DNA of 64,000 nucleotides, filler included, from Basidiobolus ranarum (Eukaryota): NCBI GenBank assembly GCA_040143965.1. It is 15 parts of 15 records of this genome, joined end to end, with 100 filler letters (N's around TTAATTAATTAA, not from the genome) between each part and the next. Parts side by side here need not be neighbours in the genome. Positions count along the whole stretch, not along the records: positions 51,429 to 55,601 come from JASJQH010008962.1; positions 55,702 to 59,870 come from JASJQH010008963.1; positions 59,971 to 64,000 come from JASJQH010009024.1; 12 more parts are not named here. One strand, 5' to 3'. Shown piece by piece: positions 51,429 to 64,000 of this stretch (position 1 is its first letter; each line of letters starts with the position of its first letter). The notes under the pieces were generated by a model. It saw only the letters and a program-made list of their open reading frames with translations, ran no database searches and was not told where the DNA came from. The position numbers and the translations under genes were made by a program.

Positions 51429-52608
51429 TCATGCCCTCGTAAATCGAATTTGCATTCTCCCGTATCAATATCCCAGACCTTCACACTCTGTCATGGATAA
51501 ATCAGTAAAACAACAGTGTCAGCTACCGATGAGCTTATTATAATAACCCACTTGATCACGAGAGGCAGAAACAAACAAGAGGTTGTCTTCTGATACGGAG
51601 ACAGTGCGCACCCAGTCGGTATGGCCAGTCAGAGTTTTGACGCAGTATCTAAGCATGTCTCAGGTAAATTTATAGTCAAGTGGCAAATATATCATGGCCA
51701 TACCCAGAAGCAAAATCCCAGATACGAATTGTTTTGTCCCTCGATGCAGAAACAATCTTATCGCCAGTGGGAAGGAAAGCAACCGAAGAAATGCTGTGAT
51801 CGTGACCAAATAAAGTTTTGATGCATTTGTAATCATTAGTCAAGTCCCAGACTTTAATGGTTAAATCGTCGGAACAAGATACTAGTAGTACGTCTTAGTT
51901 GATGGTTCCTTTTTTGGAGATTTTCAATCAGTATATTTACTATATTTACCTAGATAATTTCCTTTAAAGTCAAAAACAATATCTGTCACCACTCTGGTAT
52001 GGCCTTTTAATGTGCGTTCGAACTCGCCAGTCTCGTAGTCCCAAATTTTAATGGTAGTATCTTCTGAAGCTGAGCCCATAACTGAGAAGATAGGATGAAA
52101 AGCAACCTTGGTAATGGCACTTCGATGTCCGGTTAATTTATGTTTTTCTGGTGCTCTTGGAATCCAGTCCACCGAGTATGCAGTCTTACGAATGGGTGCT
52201 GCGCTTAGTTCCTCTTTCATCTTTGACATTTCCTTTTCCAAAGTCATTATCTGTTATATTTATGTGTAGCCACATTTAAATCAATGAATTCGTACCAATG
52301 AAACATATCTAAGAGTGTTTAAAAATAGAACACTCTGTACTAGCGTTCTGTTACCTTTCTCTCTAGCCTTACAACTGAAGTCCATTTTTTTTCCAACGTT
52401 TTTTGCAACGGATCAGGATTGAACTCTTCATTATGAGTTTCACGTTTTAAAGTTTCGTATGAGTCTGTATAGCCATTTACGTGCAAAAAATTCAACATGG
52501 CTCGTTGTCTTCCAGTATTAAACATTAGTTACACTCTTAAAACTAAAAAGAAATATAAGCATCTACATACATTTCCTCTACCTGACGCTCAGATAATACA
52601 GTGGTCAT
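51429..52608 (-). CDS. PAC1: LIS1/NudF/Pac1 LisH-WD40 dynein regulator, 3' truncated
   Basis: [54 protein letters not shown] and GHTDWVR. Confidence 0.95.
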
Positions 52609-53466
52609 GTTTGTAATTATTTCAATAAAGAGGCTTAGGCTTGCTTGGAAAAAGTACAGAGCTGCTCGGATCGAGTTGATAAATAGAAATACTAGTGAGG
52701 AAAATACCAGAAACTTGACTCTACCTCAACTCTGTTGTTTTCAGTAACCACTTCAAAAAATTAGGTGACGATGTTAACTTGGGTGGTTCAAGTATCCAGC
52801 AACAATAGACTAATTGAAATAAGTAAGCGCGCTGTAGAAGTTGTAAAATAGTACTCTAAAAGGGAAGAAGCACTCCCAAGTGCTTGTCACGTGTAAACTT
52901 GCTTGCGACTAAGAAGCGCAAGTACTGTGTAGCATGAAATGTGTTATGATTTAGTCTAGATGTTTTGAATTAACGTATTCAACTACTGTAACGATTAAAT
53001 TAGGCTGGTTTGGAGATGAATTGAGTGATTTACTTCGAGAATCAAATAAACCAGATATGGAGTTCAACAAGCGACATCAAACAGACCGTGATTGGCGAAT
53101 CGGCTACTCTTGAGAATGATTACTATGTGCACTAGCATACACTGGCAGCAATCGCCATACTATGATTTAGGGATTTAGACAAGCAGATAACGTTGATTTC
53201 CCTTCAATAAGCCAAGTTTATTGTACAAACCATGTTCATATATGAATCCTATATATTAGTTTCGTGCATCTACCAATCACTCGAGTATTGCTTTCCCACA
53301 TATTCTGACCATTCTTACGGTTTAATTGTAGCTTCGTAATCTACCTATGCCGTTTGCAGCAATACGATCCCAATCAACCATAACTGTAGTGGTTCCATTT
53401 AAACATACGTCAATGGTCTAATATATGCATTTGCTAAACGTTTAATGTTTTTCTTATAAATAGCAA

Positions 53467-54041
53467 TCAAAATTCCTCAAATTCAACATCTTGCATCAAG
53501 TCAGGTTGAGGCTGTGTTGGCTGTGTAGGTTCAGTAGGTTGTATGCGAGACATGTCGGAACTGCCTTCACTTCCTTTAAGCATGATTTCGGCATCTCGTT
53601 CTTCCAGAGAATTTAGCTCGCTCTCCCATTCTTTAAGTTGCTCAACGTATTTACCAATAACTTGATCTTTCGTTTGAATATCTTCATTCAATGTTTTGAT
53701 CTCCTATAATATAGATTGAAAATGAGTGAGAGAATGACAAATTCCCAAACTATTGTTGCGATCTTACTTCCTCTAGTGTGGCCGCTTCATCTGAAAACTG
53801 TTGATCTTTCAGCTGGGTAAGCTGATTCTCTAGATCTTTGGCTAAACGAATAAACTTCGCGATGTTTGTTTCTAAGGCTGATAATTATTCAGTTAGTTTG
53901 AGTTGTAAAATAAACTGTATGATGAATAGTATTTGACGAACAAAAAGCTGTTTGATCTACAGAGGTTCGGTCACTAGCTGATGAGATATGCTGAAGCGTA
54001 GACAGGAAGTCTTGGTCAAGTTCATTTAATTTTTCTAACAT
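53467..54041 (-). CDS. Small coiled-coil protein, Mediator subunit Med28-like, 3 exons
   Basis: Spliced product includes LETNIAKFIRLAKDLE..LEEEIKTLNEDIQTKDQVIGKYVEQLKEWESEL, which follows the Med28 pattern by eye. Confidence 0.55.
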
Positions 54042-54951
54042 AGCAAGTGATAACGCGCTCAGAGAACAAAAAAGTTTATATTACAGAAATTGCGAAAAAT
54101 TGGCTCAAGAGGTATTTACTCAACATATACATATACGGATCATCTTTGTGCAGGGGCCAGCTAGTTTTCTTTGTATTGTGTTAATTTTTTTCTAATGCCA
54201 TATAACATTATGTCATTGATGCTTTTGATGATTTAGCGTTTTACTGAACACAAATACCTTCCCCAGGATTAAGTACATCATCTTCATAAATTAGACTTAC
54301 GAGTACAAAAGGTGAGCCATAAGAATACTTGCATACCTTTGAAATTAACAAGCAAATGCAACCACGATATATCCCATGGTCATGGTATATATGTCTATAT
54401 AGAAAGCAATTGAAATCTACACTTAGAAGCATTGAAGGTCTCACACCCCATAATCATTTATTATATGCATCATAGCTTCATTGTTGGGTAGGATAGTTGA
54501 CTACTAAATATACTGGATTTCTTGGAAACAGTAACACTTGTGAATCTCATATTTTTGACTGAAATAACCCGCATAACTTCACTCACAATATCAGTACTTC
54601 CACTGGCAAATATTCAACTCACAAAAGCGGCCTGACATCACATGGCAGATGAAAAGCGATTAGGACTCCAATGCATCCACATTTCCTGTACTTGCCCTAC
54701 CACTATCAGTTGTATCGTGATTACACATGTAGATCAATAGCATGACTTTTAGTCAGTTGTACATGATTTGTTGAAATATTCAGTAAAAGAGGGAAATATG
54801 TGTTGTATTAACATCTCAAATTACTTTGAAAGTATCTCTATCGCCACTCATACAGGTATATGTCACCATTAAAAAACTCATTCTGCCTGTATGCAATGGT
54901 ATACCTCTCTTCAGAGTACCTGGACTGTTAAATAGCACAAACTGATTCTGC

Positions 54952-55271
54952 TGTTGAAAATGACATAGCTTAAGCATCTATATAGTCTCATAGCTATCTA
55001 CCTAAGTTTCACTCTGTTATTATTCAATATCTTCAAGAGGAATTTACTTGGAAGTTTGAAGATTATGTGATTTTTTCAAACTTGTTCAAAAGTCCCCAAA
55101 CTCTGTAAACATGCTCCTGAGACCTTGCAGAGCAAATCATATACGTTGGTTTGCCTACCTCTTGAAAAAGTATAAATGTCAACTTGCACTCAATAAATCA
55201 TTAAGTGAAAGCCACCAATTCTTCTAGTTCACCCAATCGCTTCCAACAACAACTGCCAAAATACTTCAACA
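54952..55271 (+). repeat. Old LTR of Copia family A (about 320 bp)
   Basis: TGTTGAAA...TTCAACA, a diverged reverse complement of 42917-43245. Confidence 0.7.
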
Positions 55272-55496
55272 GTTATATTAGGTTAATCATCCTACATTAA
55301 CCAAACACTTATATAGTCATATATAGCTTCATATTCACTGTTCCGTATTTCACTAAGATATCGCCCACTATTCTCAAGAGGAATTTGATTAAATATTTGA
55401 AGATATATAGATTTTGAGAACTTGTCCTGGACTATCTTTCATTCAGTTGCTTCCTATTGGTGTGTAGCAACTATACAAGCATTTTGATGCATATCT

Positions 55497-55601
55497 TGTT
55501 AAAGTATTTGGGAGCCTGTTGGAAGTGGTTTGGAGAATTAGAGGAATTGGTGGTTTTCACTTATTGATTTATTGAGTAGAAAGTTGACATTTATAGTTTT
55601 G
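55497..55601 (-). repeat. Copia family A LTR end, truncated by contig end
   Basis: 105 bp identical to 42917-43021, with no PBS next to it. Confidence 0.9.
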
Positions 55602-58132
55602 NNNNNNNNNNNNNNNNNNNNNNNNNNNNNNNNNNNNNNNNNNNNTTAATTAATTAANNNNNNNNNNNNNNNNNNNNNNNNNNNNNNNNNNNNNNNNNNN
55701 NTCGCACCAACACATTCTAGAACTTCTTGTACATGAAATGCGTCTTGCAAAGATCTCTCTTGTTCACTTCAAGGTATATAAAAAAGAATAACAACAAGCC
55801 TCTAAAGCAAGCTGATTATGTTTTTGCACATAGTGATATAATTCAGGATTAAAATAGCATTTCAGAAAGTGCACGTAGCCAATCAAAATAGCAATATATT
55901 CCAATATAGACATTCTGATAGCCTACTCTAGTTGATTTGGGATTGCTAGGTGCTCTATATGCCGCCAACAATCTTCATACTATGTGGATTGCAACTAAAT
56001 GACCAGTCACATACAAAGCCGTCGGGACCATCGATGGTTTGTTTGATTGAACAACTACAGCATTAACCCATTCGTCCACAATCTATCTGACCAATGTCTT
56101 CTATTTTAAGCTAACACTTTTATTACCAACACGTAAGCTATAATGCTATATGAGATTCTACTTAACTTGTTTACCGAGTATAAATACGAAGCAGGGTCGG
56201 AGTTCAGGATTGGAATATTGGCAAATCCATGGTATATGTGTCAGTTTAAACTGCCTAATGATTCACCAATAAACTGTCGATGATTGATCTAAATTTAATA
56301 TTCTCATGCTTAGTTTCAGTAGAATGCTTCACTCGGTGGGAATCTTGGCCGAAAGAATAACCATTTTCTTTATGGTGCTGATGGACGAACTCTTGGTATA
56401 CTAAGGTGGTAGTAGCTGGAGACGATAGGAAAGTACGCTTTACCGGTGGGAAGGTGGACTTTCAAACTCATTGCATCGAAGACCTCGAACGCGCGAAATT
56501 GCTTCCTTCCCAATGAACTAAGCGTGTCAGATGATAAAGCATTTATCCTAAATAGCGTGAACCCATCAGGTTAAATGGTCCTGCCAACTATCTATAAATA
56601 AATACAGTTAAAAGTCTATCCCTAAGCCAAACCGGTATATTCTCGTCTGGATAATATCATCGACAATGCTAATAAGGAAGTAATTGCTGGTTTTTAATTC
56701 ACTGGGGATTCCCATTAACTGAGCAATGATGAGGCCATTTATGGATCTGCACTCTAGCACAAGTTAACATTTCCATGGTCACATCGTTAGCATTGTACAA
56801 GTATCAGATCTCTCCAAAAATGTATTGCCTCCATTAGCGAATAGGAATCAATGCAAACAACATTTGCTAAGAGGATAGGATATAGATAGGGATAAAGGTG
56901 TGCAACCTTGCTCCAGCGAACTGGTTTGATTAAGAATCTATTCACCAATACCTCGAATTCATTTCAGCACGAGACATACCATGGGCTTGATATGTATCTT
57001 CGCTGTACGGCTGCTATTTCTTTTGCGGAACCAGGCTGTGATCTACGGAATGTCCAGCGCCCTAATAAATCTTACCAACCATTCATCATCCAATTCCAGA
57101 GCACGCTTCTACGCATGGCCATTTGTCAAGAGGAGTTCTGCTCGCTTCGGAATTTGATGTCCGAAAGTAAAATGTGTACCATGTCTACTCCTTCGGTGCG
57201 ATAACGAGTATCAGCGATAATCAAGCTCTCATAAGAGTTATCAGCGATAATCTAATAGCGTGTCGCTTTCCTACAGTGTTTTAATCTAAAATGAGATGAA
57301 TTAATAAAATCTAGTCGCTTTCCTATAACAATATCGTAACTATTCCAATCTATGCAATTGCTTTAAACCTTTCTCTTACCAAGTAGGACTAAAAGCTCGG
57401 TAGAAAATGGGTGCCCCTAATCGACAGAATAAAGAGTTCCATAGTTAACATCATTGTTACAGATTAGCCAAGAATGAGATAGCTTCACAGATGATCCTTG
57501 GACAAATAAAGGACAAGCAATATTTACATAGGGGTGTGTTGATGTGACGCGATACACATCCGACTTCGCCGCTTCTAGAGGTGAAGAGATTTTATAACCA
57601 TGGTGTCTGCTTGATAGTGCGAATTATGTTGCATGTTCTTTTCAAAAAACTCCTACGAACCTAATAAACCTTAATCTTAATATGGTAGAGGGTAGCTGTA
57701 TTAGTGAAACATCGGAAATCTTATCCTGTTTAAAATTTAACTAACGATCTGGCATACGGTTCCACCCTGTTCACCCATCATAGATCGGATGCTTCAATAC
57801 GAGCGGTGTCATTAGAGCTTTAAGGAGCGATGTTTGGGCAGACTAGTGTGTAACTTTCAAAGACATACTGCATACTCGAATGGGAAACTAAACGCATATT
57901 GTACTTCGAAAGAAAGCGTGGTTGGTTGAGATAAGGCTTATAATTGCGGGTGTGACCATGATGTGAAATGGTTTGCTACGAGGAGATGTCAACCATTATA
58001 TTACCAAAGGTAATGCATACATAGATGAATAACCTAAATTTTGGGGGTGTACTGATCTCCTGGCATTCTGTATAAATATAGACGAACTTTCTCTAAGTGA
58101 GAGCATCTAAGATATTCTAGATCTGGTACTAA

Positions 58133-59812
58133 ATGAGTAACTTAAAGTCTAGTGAAGCTCAATTAACTAACGTTCCTGCTCGTTTGGAACAGCTGAAATG
58201 GAGCCGCTGGCATACCAAGGTAAACTTTCTTTAGTTGCATAAGCCTCCTACGCTCAAATGTTCTGACTATTGGATTTAACAGATTACCGCTGTATTGGGA
58301 GCTGGCTGGGCTCTTGACGCTTATGAAATTAATATCGTTTCCGCTGTGCTAAATCTTCTTAAAGAGCAGTTCAAAGTCACCAGTCAACAAGCCACATACA
58401 TCAAAACCGTCTGGCTTGCTGGTGCATTGGTAGGTGCACTAGGATTCGGCTACGTATCGGATCGTTATGGTAGAAAGAGAACCTTCTTATTAACGATCTT
58501 GATGTACAGTTTCTTTACTGTGGTCACAGGTAGCTTCTAATTACTATCTTTTGTTTGTGCTGAAAGCCTTTCTAATCATAGTATTCATATCGTCAAGCTT
58601 TTTCCGTAAATTACCCAATGTTCTTGGTATTTCGTTGTCTGACTGCTATCGGTGTTGGCGCCGAATATACTGCCGTTAATGCTACTATCGCCGAATTTAT
58701 TCCTGCTAATTATCGTGGAGGTGTGAATACCCTAGTAATGTCTACTTGGGCTATCGGTGCACTTTGCGCCAACCTGATTCAGGTAATGCTTGTGAAAAGG
58801 AAATCCTTGGGAATTAGAACGGATTGGATTTTCTATATTTTCCTGACGAAGTTTGACTAATTCCCATTCATTTACACAGATTCCTCTGGTTAAATACGTC
58901 GATCCTGACTTATGCTGGCGCATTGGCATGGGTAGTGGAGCTGTCGCTGCTGTCTGTGTGTTCTGGTTCCGTAGAGCTCTACCCGAGTCACCTCGTTGGT
59001 ATCTTAGTCAGGGCCGTTTCGAAGAGGCCGAGGCTATAGTTTCCCAGATAGAGGCGTTAGCGGGGCAACCTCTAAATAATCCGGACAGTGTAGAAAAAAT
59101 GGTTTACGAAGTGCCTAAACAAGAAAATTTCTTTGGTCATTTGATTACTCTCTTCATTAAATACCCTGGTCGTACAGTATACGCAATGATCCTGAACGGT
59201 TCTCAAGCTTTTGGCGATTATGGTGTGGCCGGGTTCATGTCTCTTGCTATCCTTCCGTTGGCCAAAATTCCTAATGAGAATATGCCGGCATTCTATCTGT
59301 GGGGAAATGTTGCTACAGTGCCAGCAGGTTTATTAAATTCGTGGTTAATGGTAAAGGTGGATCGCAAGAAATTAGTCCCCATCAATTATATTCTAGCCAT
59401 AGTTACTGCTGGTTGCCTGTTGCCAGCAGCCAATGCCGCTGCTAGTTCTGGTGTCACAGTCAGTCTTCAGTTAGCATACTGCGCTTACATGTTTGCCTAC
59501 ACAATGGCATGGACAACCGCATACCCTGCACTCACAGAAGTTTTCCCTACTCATCTTCGCTCTAGTGGCATAGGCATAGCAGTGGCTGCGGGTCGCGTTG
59601 CAGGCGCGGTTGCTCCATTGCTGATGGTCGCTATATTTGAAGAAACCGGGCCGCTAGATCCAAGTACTGGTAAGCACTCTAATGTTTCTGGAGCAATTGG
59701 CCTGTTGACAAGTTTCTTTGGACTTGCGTTAATCGCTTCGGTACCATGGTATTTCTTTGGCGTGGAAGGTCGTAATATGAGAGTAGAAGGGATGGTTGCT
59801 TCACCTAAATAG
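58133..59812 (+). CDS. MFS transporter of a bacterial-type sugar/aromatic-acid porter group, 3 introns
   Basis: PARLEQLKWSRWH, WALDAYE, GYVSDRYGRK, GVGAEY, EFIPANYRG, LPESPRW and EVFPTHLRSSG. TATAAATA near 58071. Confidence 0.9.
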
Positions 59813-59970
59813 CAAACTTCGATTTTTGATGCCGGAGCCAAGGGAGATAAGGCTGTATATCTTCCAGAGANNNNNNNNNNNNNNNNNNNNNNNNNNNNNN
59901 NNNNNNNNNNNNNNTTAATTAATTAANNNNNNNNNNNNNNNNNNNNNNNNNNNNNNNNNNNNNNNNNNNN

Positions 59971-62808
59971 CAAAGTGGAAGGCTCAATAATTCTTGCAGT
60001 TGGTGTTTGTTGCTGTCACATGGTAGTAGACATTAAACCAGTATGTCTGTCTGGTGGCATGCTCCTTGGAGCTGACTTGTCTCCAGATGTAAAAAGCTCA
60101 CTGGTTGGTTTAGTTGAATCAGGCCAATTGCGCACAATGATGCATGAGAATGCAGGCCATCTGCTTTCTGGTTCATCATTGACTGCTTGCTCTTCATCAA
60201 AAACAGGAGAAACATCAAGGACTCTTCCAAGCTGGCATTGCTGCCAATGTGTACTACTAGCTGATCAACAAACTCATTGTGCTCTTGCCCCTGCTGGAGA
60301 TGTGGCCTCAATCCTATGGATGAGTTGTGTAGATTCTTCTTATGTGATAGATATCTTGTCAGAAGTCTCTTCAACTTGGAGTGATCTGTTTGTCTGTGCA
60401 AGGGTCTGGACTGCTCCAATTTCCCTTGGGCAATATCTTCTGATTCAATAAATTGTGTTGCTTTTCTCTCTTCACCTCTATTGATTACTCTTGCCATAGT
60501 GTCCTGGAATGTTGCTTCAAACTTGGCAACCTTCATCAACAGTTGCTGCAAAGTCTTGTTGATTAGTGGTGGATATCTATTTTGAAAATCTTTTATCTCT
60601 AAAGTTGAGGCCACAATGGTCACTTCCAGTACATACAAGCAAAAATACAAATGCAATTGTGTCTTTGCAGACTCAAAATCAAAATCTCTATTTCTCAATT
60701 CATGCTTCCTATCATGAGCAGTTTTGATGTATATTTTCTTGCAGACTTCTGAAGGCATGAAGATGCTTATAATTATTTATTGCCTCAAAGTTTGGAGATG
60801 CTACTTAAAAAGAGTCAAGACTTTTGTGATAACAGACCATTACTCTCTGAAATCAAAGACACATTGCAACCAAAGCTTACTAACCTTTTGGAAGATCTAC
60901 TTAGCCAAACCACAGCAAGGGTGAAGCTTACTCAGAAGAAAAATGCAGCAAAAGCCTGAATGGGATAGACTCAAAGCTACCAGAAATCAAGAAGATGATC
61001 AACCAACAAATTAATGATGGAGACTTTCATGATTTACTGATCACAACAGCTAAAGTCTTGGTTAAGTTAAATAACATCCAGAATTATTGGTATCTCAGTA
61101 TTATCCCTAGATCAGTACAACAGGACTATCAGTTATGAAGCTATTAATTAGTAGCAGTCAGCTGCAAAACAATGTCTAACAGTGAGTCATAGTAGCTCAT
61201 ATGGCAGTCAGGTGATGATATTCCATGGATGGTTGCATACTTATATCACTCTGCTCCTAATGAATATGGTGATCATCTTGCCTGTGCCATCCCAAAATGT
61301 TTCAGATAATTGCTATGCTGCTCCAGGATATCTTGACCAAGAACTGTACCACCCCAGTATGGTGTAGCTAGTTCCTGATATAGAAATTATGTTATAAATC
61401 AGCATGTGAGTCATCATCAACCTAATTGATCAGTTGAATGATGAAAACAGTTCTATTTCCCTTGATAAACTTCAATTCAGTCTCAGTGAGTACAGTACCA
61501 GCTTACTCAATGATCTATAGTTCGAAGCTACTTCAAAATTGAAACACATATCGGCACAGCTTCTATTTACTTCAACTATCTTAAATTCCTTCTGAGTAGC
61601 CACTGCTCAGGTGGTGATTGGAGTCAAACAGAGTCTCTTAGATAACTTGGCCAAAAGCTGTCATTGGTGGTAGTTCTCCTATAACTGGTGCTCTAATGCT
61701 GTTGCAATACCACTGTAGGGCTGCATTAGTCAGATAGCATAGTGTAGCTTTCTGTCATCTGAAACTCCTCAGTCTTGTAAGGTTGCTTGTAATTGAAATA
61801 TATAAGCTCCAGGATTCACATCAACTCTAGCACTGGTCAACTATGATGCTCAGGATATTTCTGGACATGGTTGGTGCAGGTAGGTTTTGGCTTGCATTGG
61901 CCATTGAATGCTGTCAAAAGCTCCAATGATGAAGAAGTTTGGTCTGCTGGATAATGAATTGTTCAATCTCAGATCTCTATGCAGATATTTGAGAAGTGGC
62001 AAAGGTTCTTGCTCAGCACAGAGGATAGGTAGTTACAGCTAACAATATCATATATCTTAAGTAGCTAAGAATTGTAGAAGGTTGAGGAAGATTGTTTTAT
62101 ATTCTCTAAAACTGAACTGAAGTTTCTTAGGGGAAACACTAAAGTATATATACTTGAATCAATAGAGCAAGGGAGTAATGGCTCATTCACTAGTTTCAAA
62201 TCCAAAAACTATACAGAGGTATAACTCTATCATAATACAATGTATTTTTGCCTGATCAAAATATCCTAGATGGCATAGAAATTAGCAGATATTTGTTTTT
62301 ATTGCAGAGTCAAATGAATACATGCCCAATTGCAGGGAAAGACTTAGATAGTGTTTCATTCAATGGAATAGGAACACAAGTCACAGCATGAGAGATACTA
62401 TAACTAACTACTGGGACATTACAACACTGCAGACAACTTTTAACTGATGATGCTGATAAAAAGAATCTGACAACAATGCAGCTATGCTGTTAGTACTGAC
62501 ATACTCAGTACATTGCATGTCACTTAATGCCACTTATACTGGAAATGCTGTAGTTAGTGAATCATAATTGGAACACCCCTGAGTTAAGAATACATGGTTA
62601 TGAAACTGCTCAGGAGCCTGCCATAAACATTCAGGAACTTCATAGTTGCTATGAAATCAAGATCAGACCTGTTAGCAAAGGAATATGCAAGTCCCATACT
62701 TTTGACTAAGGAAAAAAGAAGAGTTGATTTGAAACAAAAACAGCATATTTGGCCCTTTTCAGAGTCAAGAAATAACTTACAGGCTTTCACAATGGAATCC
62801 CTGATAGG
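59971..62808. mobile_element. Unclassified degenerate repeat/transposon DNA
   Basis: Almost no CpG, broken ORFs (largest 60033-60758) and no diagnostic motif recognised. Confidence 0.4.
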
Positions 62809-64000
62809 TGTTGATATTAGGAAATAGCAACTCATTATTTAATAGTTAGTTTATTCATGTTCTGATTATTTAGCACTCAATTCTGTCATTCAAAAACAGG
62901 TGTTTATTGCTCTAATTGATGGAAATATCAACAAGATTGCTTTTACTAATTTTCACTATTTTCTCAAAACATCTCCAAATCACCTCAAATTTGTTTGTTT
63001 TGATCTGTGCACATCCAATAGTCCTATTTCATAGTAAACTATAAATAGGACATATTTAATTGAATAAAACATAAGTGTCTAATTCACATATCCAAATCTT
63101 GGCCAAAACTCTTCCAAATCCCCTAAACACTTTTATCCATTTATGAACCTCAAGCTAGCTGTTAAAGTAATGTCTACCAGTGCTATTACCAAAGTTTTTG
63201 CATCCACAGAGATGTTTGATGGTGAAGACTTTCACCTCTGGAAGTTCAAGATGCAAATGGTGCTAGAAGAGAAAGACCTTTGGTGATTGATTAAAGGAGA
63301 AGAAATAGAGCCAAAGGGACCAACAAAAGCTATTCTTGCCTTTAATAGTCTGGCTAATAGGCTATATATTAGGTAAAAGTTATTCTCAATATAGACAAAT
63401 TCTGATTCCATGCTTAATCCTAAAAATTGGATAAAAACTATGGCAGATCTGCTCTCATCCATTGGAGCACCTCTAAATCAAGAGGACTTAATCATGACAC
63501 TACTCAGGAGCCTGCCAGACAGGTTTGGGAACCTCATAATTGCCCTAGAATTAAGATCAGAGCCATTAACAATGGAATATTTTGGCTCTGGGCTTTTGAA
63601 TGAGGAATTAAGGAGATCCAATTCTCAGCATATAATGCAGAACAGGCATTTTTTGGAGCTGTAAAAAATCCAACAGGCTTCAATAATGGTGTTCCTAATA
63701 CAAAATCAATCATCTGCAAGTATTGCAAGAAGCCAGGCCTGTTAATCAAAGATTGCAGATAAAGGATTTTTGCCAAAAAGCTAAATTCAGAACAAGCAAA
63801 TCATGTAAGCACTGACAGGGATCATCTATTTGTGTCTGCCCTATCAGCAACCACTAAAGAAGCCTCAGAAATGAGGTACGTTGACTCAGCACTTCATTAG
63901 AGAGACTATAGAGAATAAGTTTATTGACTTAACTTATTGTTCTACAGAAGACATGATTGCTGATATATTAACCAAACCATTAGCTAGACAGAAATTTGAG
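62809..64000 (+). mobile_element. Copia family B: 5' LTR (62809-63138), decayed PBS, gag from 63170, fused directly to the RNaseH C-terminus
   Basis: LTR matches the reverse complement of 5395-5746. Gag FHLWKFKMQMVL and a knuckle remnant, then HFIRETIENK..EDMIADILTKPL from ~63890. Confidence 0.85.

Noticed and set aside
52868-52930. Two small hairpins and a CACGTG upstream of LIS1
   Set aside because: Short stems expected by chance, with no recognisable ncRNA boxes.
4195-59970. Regularly spaced TTAATTAATTAA repeats about every 4.28 kb
   Set aside because: Artificial six-frame-stop linkers inside N runs that join size-sorted contigs. Gene neighbourhoods across them are meaningless.

Overview
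This window is not contiguous. It is 15 unrelated contigs of about 4.2 kb, sorted by decreasing length (4192 down to 4169 bp among the complete ones) and joined by artificial N44-TTAATTAATTAA-N44 linkers. The DNA is from an intron-rich, AT-rich eukaryote. Gene content and splice signals point to an early-diverging fungus, possibly a Zoopagomycota/Basidiobolus-like species (inference). Roughly half is degenerate, CpG-depleted transposon DNA: two Ty1/Copia LTR families with half-tRNA-iMet primer sites, and a CCC-ended CACTA/EnSpm-like family, mutually nested. Host genes are a PHOSPHO-type phosphatase, AMP deaminase, fibrillarin, RanBP1/YRB1, BolA2, an LRR protein, an XIP-like aquaporin, a secreted SMP-30/gluconolactonase, PRP45/SKIP, GOT1, a Spo12-like gene, HRQ1, LIS1/NudF, a Med28-like gene and a bacterial-type MFS transporter. 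The standout is a tandem pair of small secreted precursor genes at 49.2-50.6 kb. They carry four dibasic-flanked copies of a 14-aa, two-cysteine peptide (DLHDLCGRWFCGHT). The three intact copies differ only at synonymous sites. Both genes share a positionally conserved 26-bp bipartite promoter element and an 18-nt 3' motif. This looks like an undescribed Kex2-processed peptide pheromone/hormone-like system.
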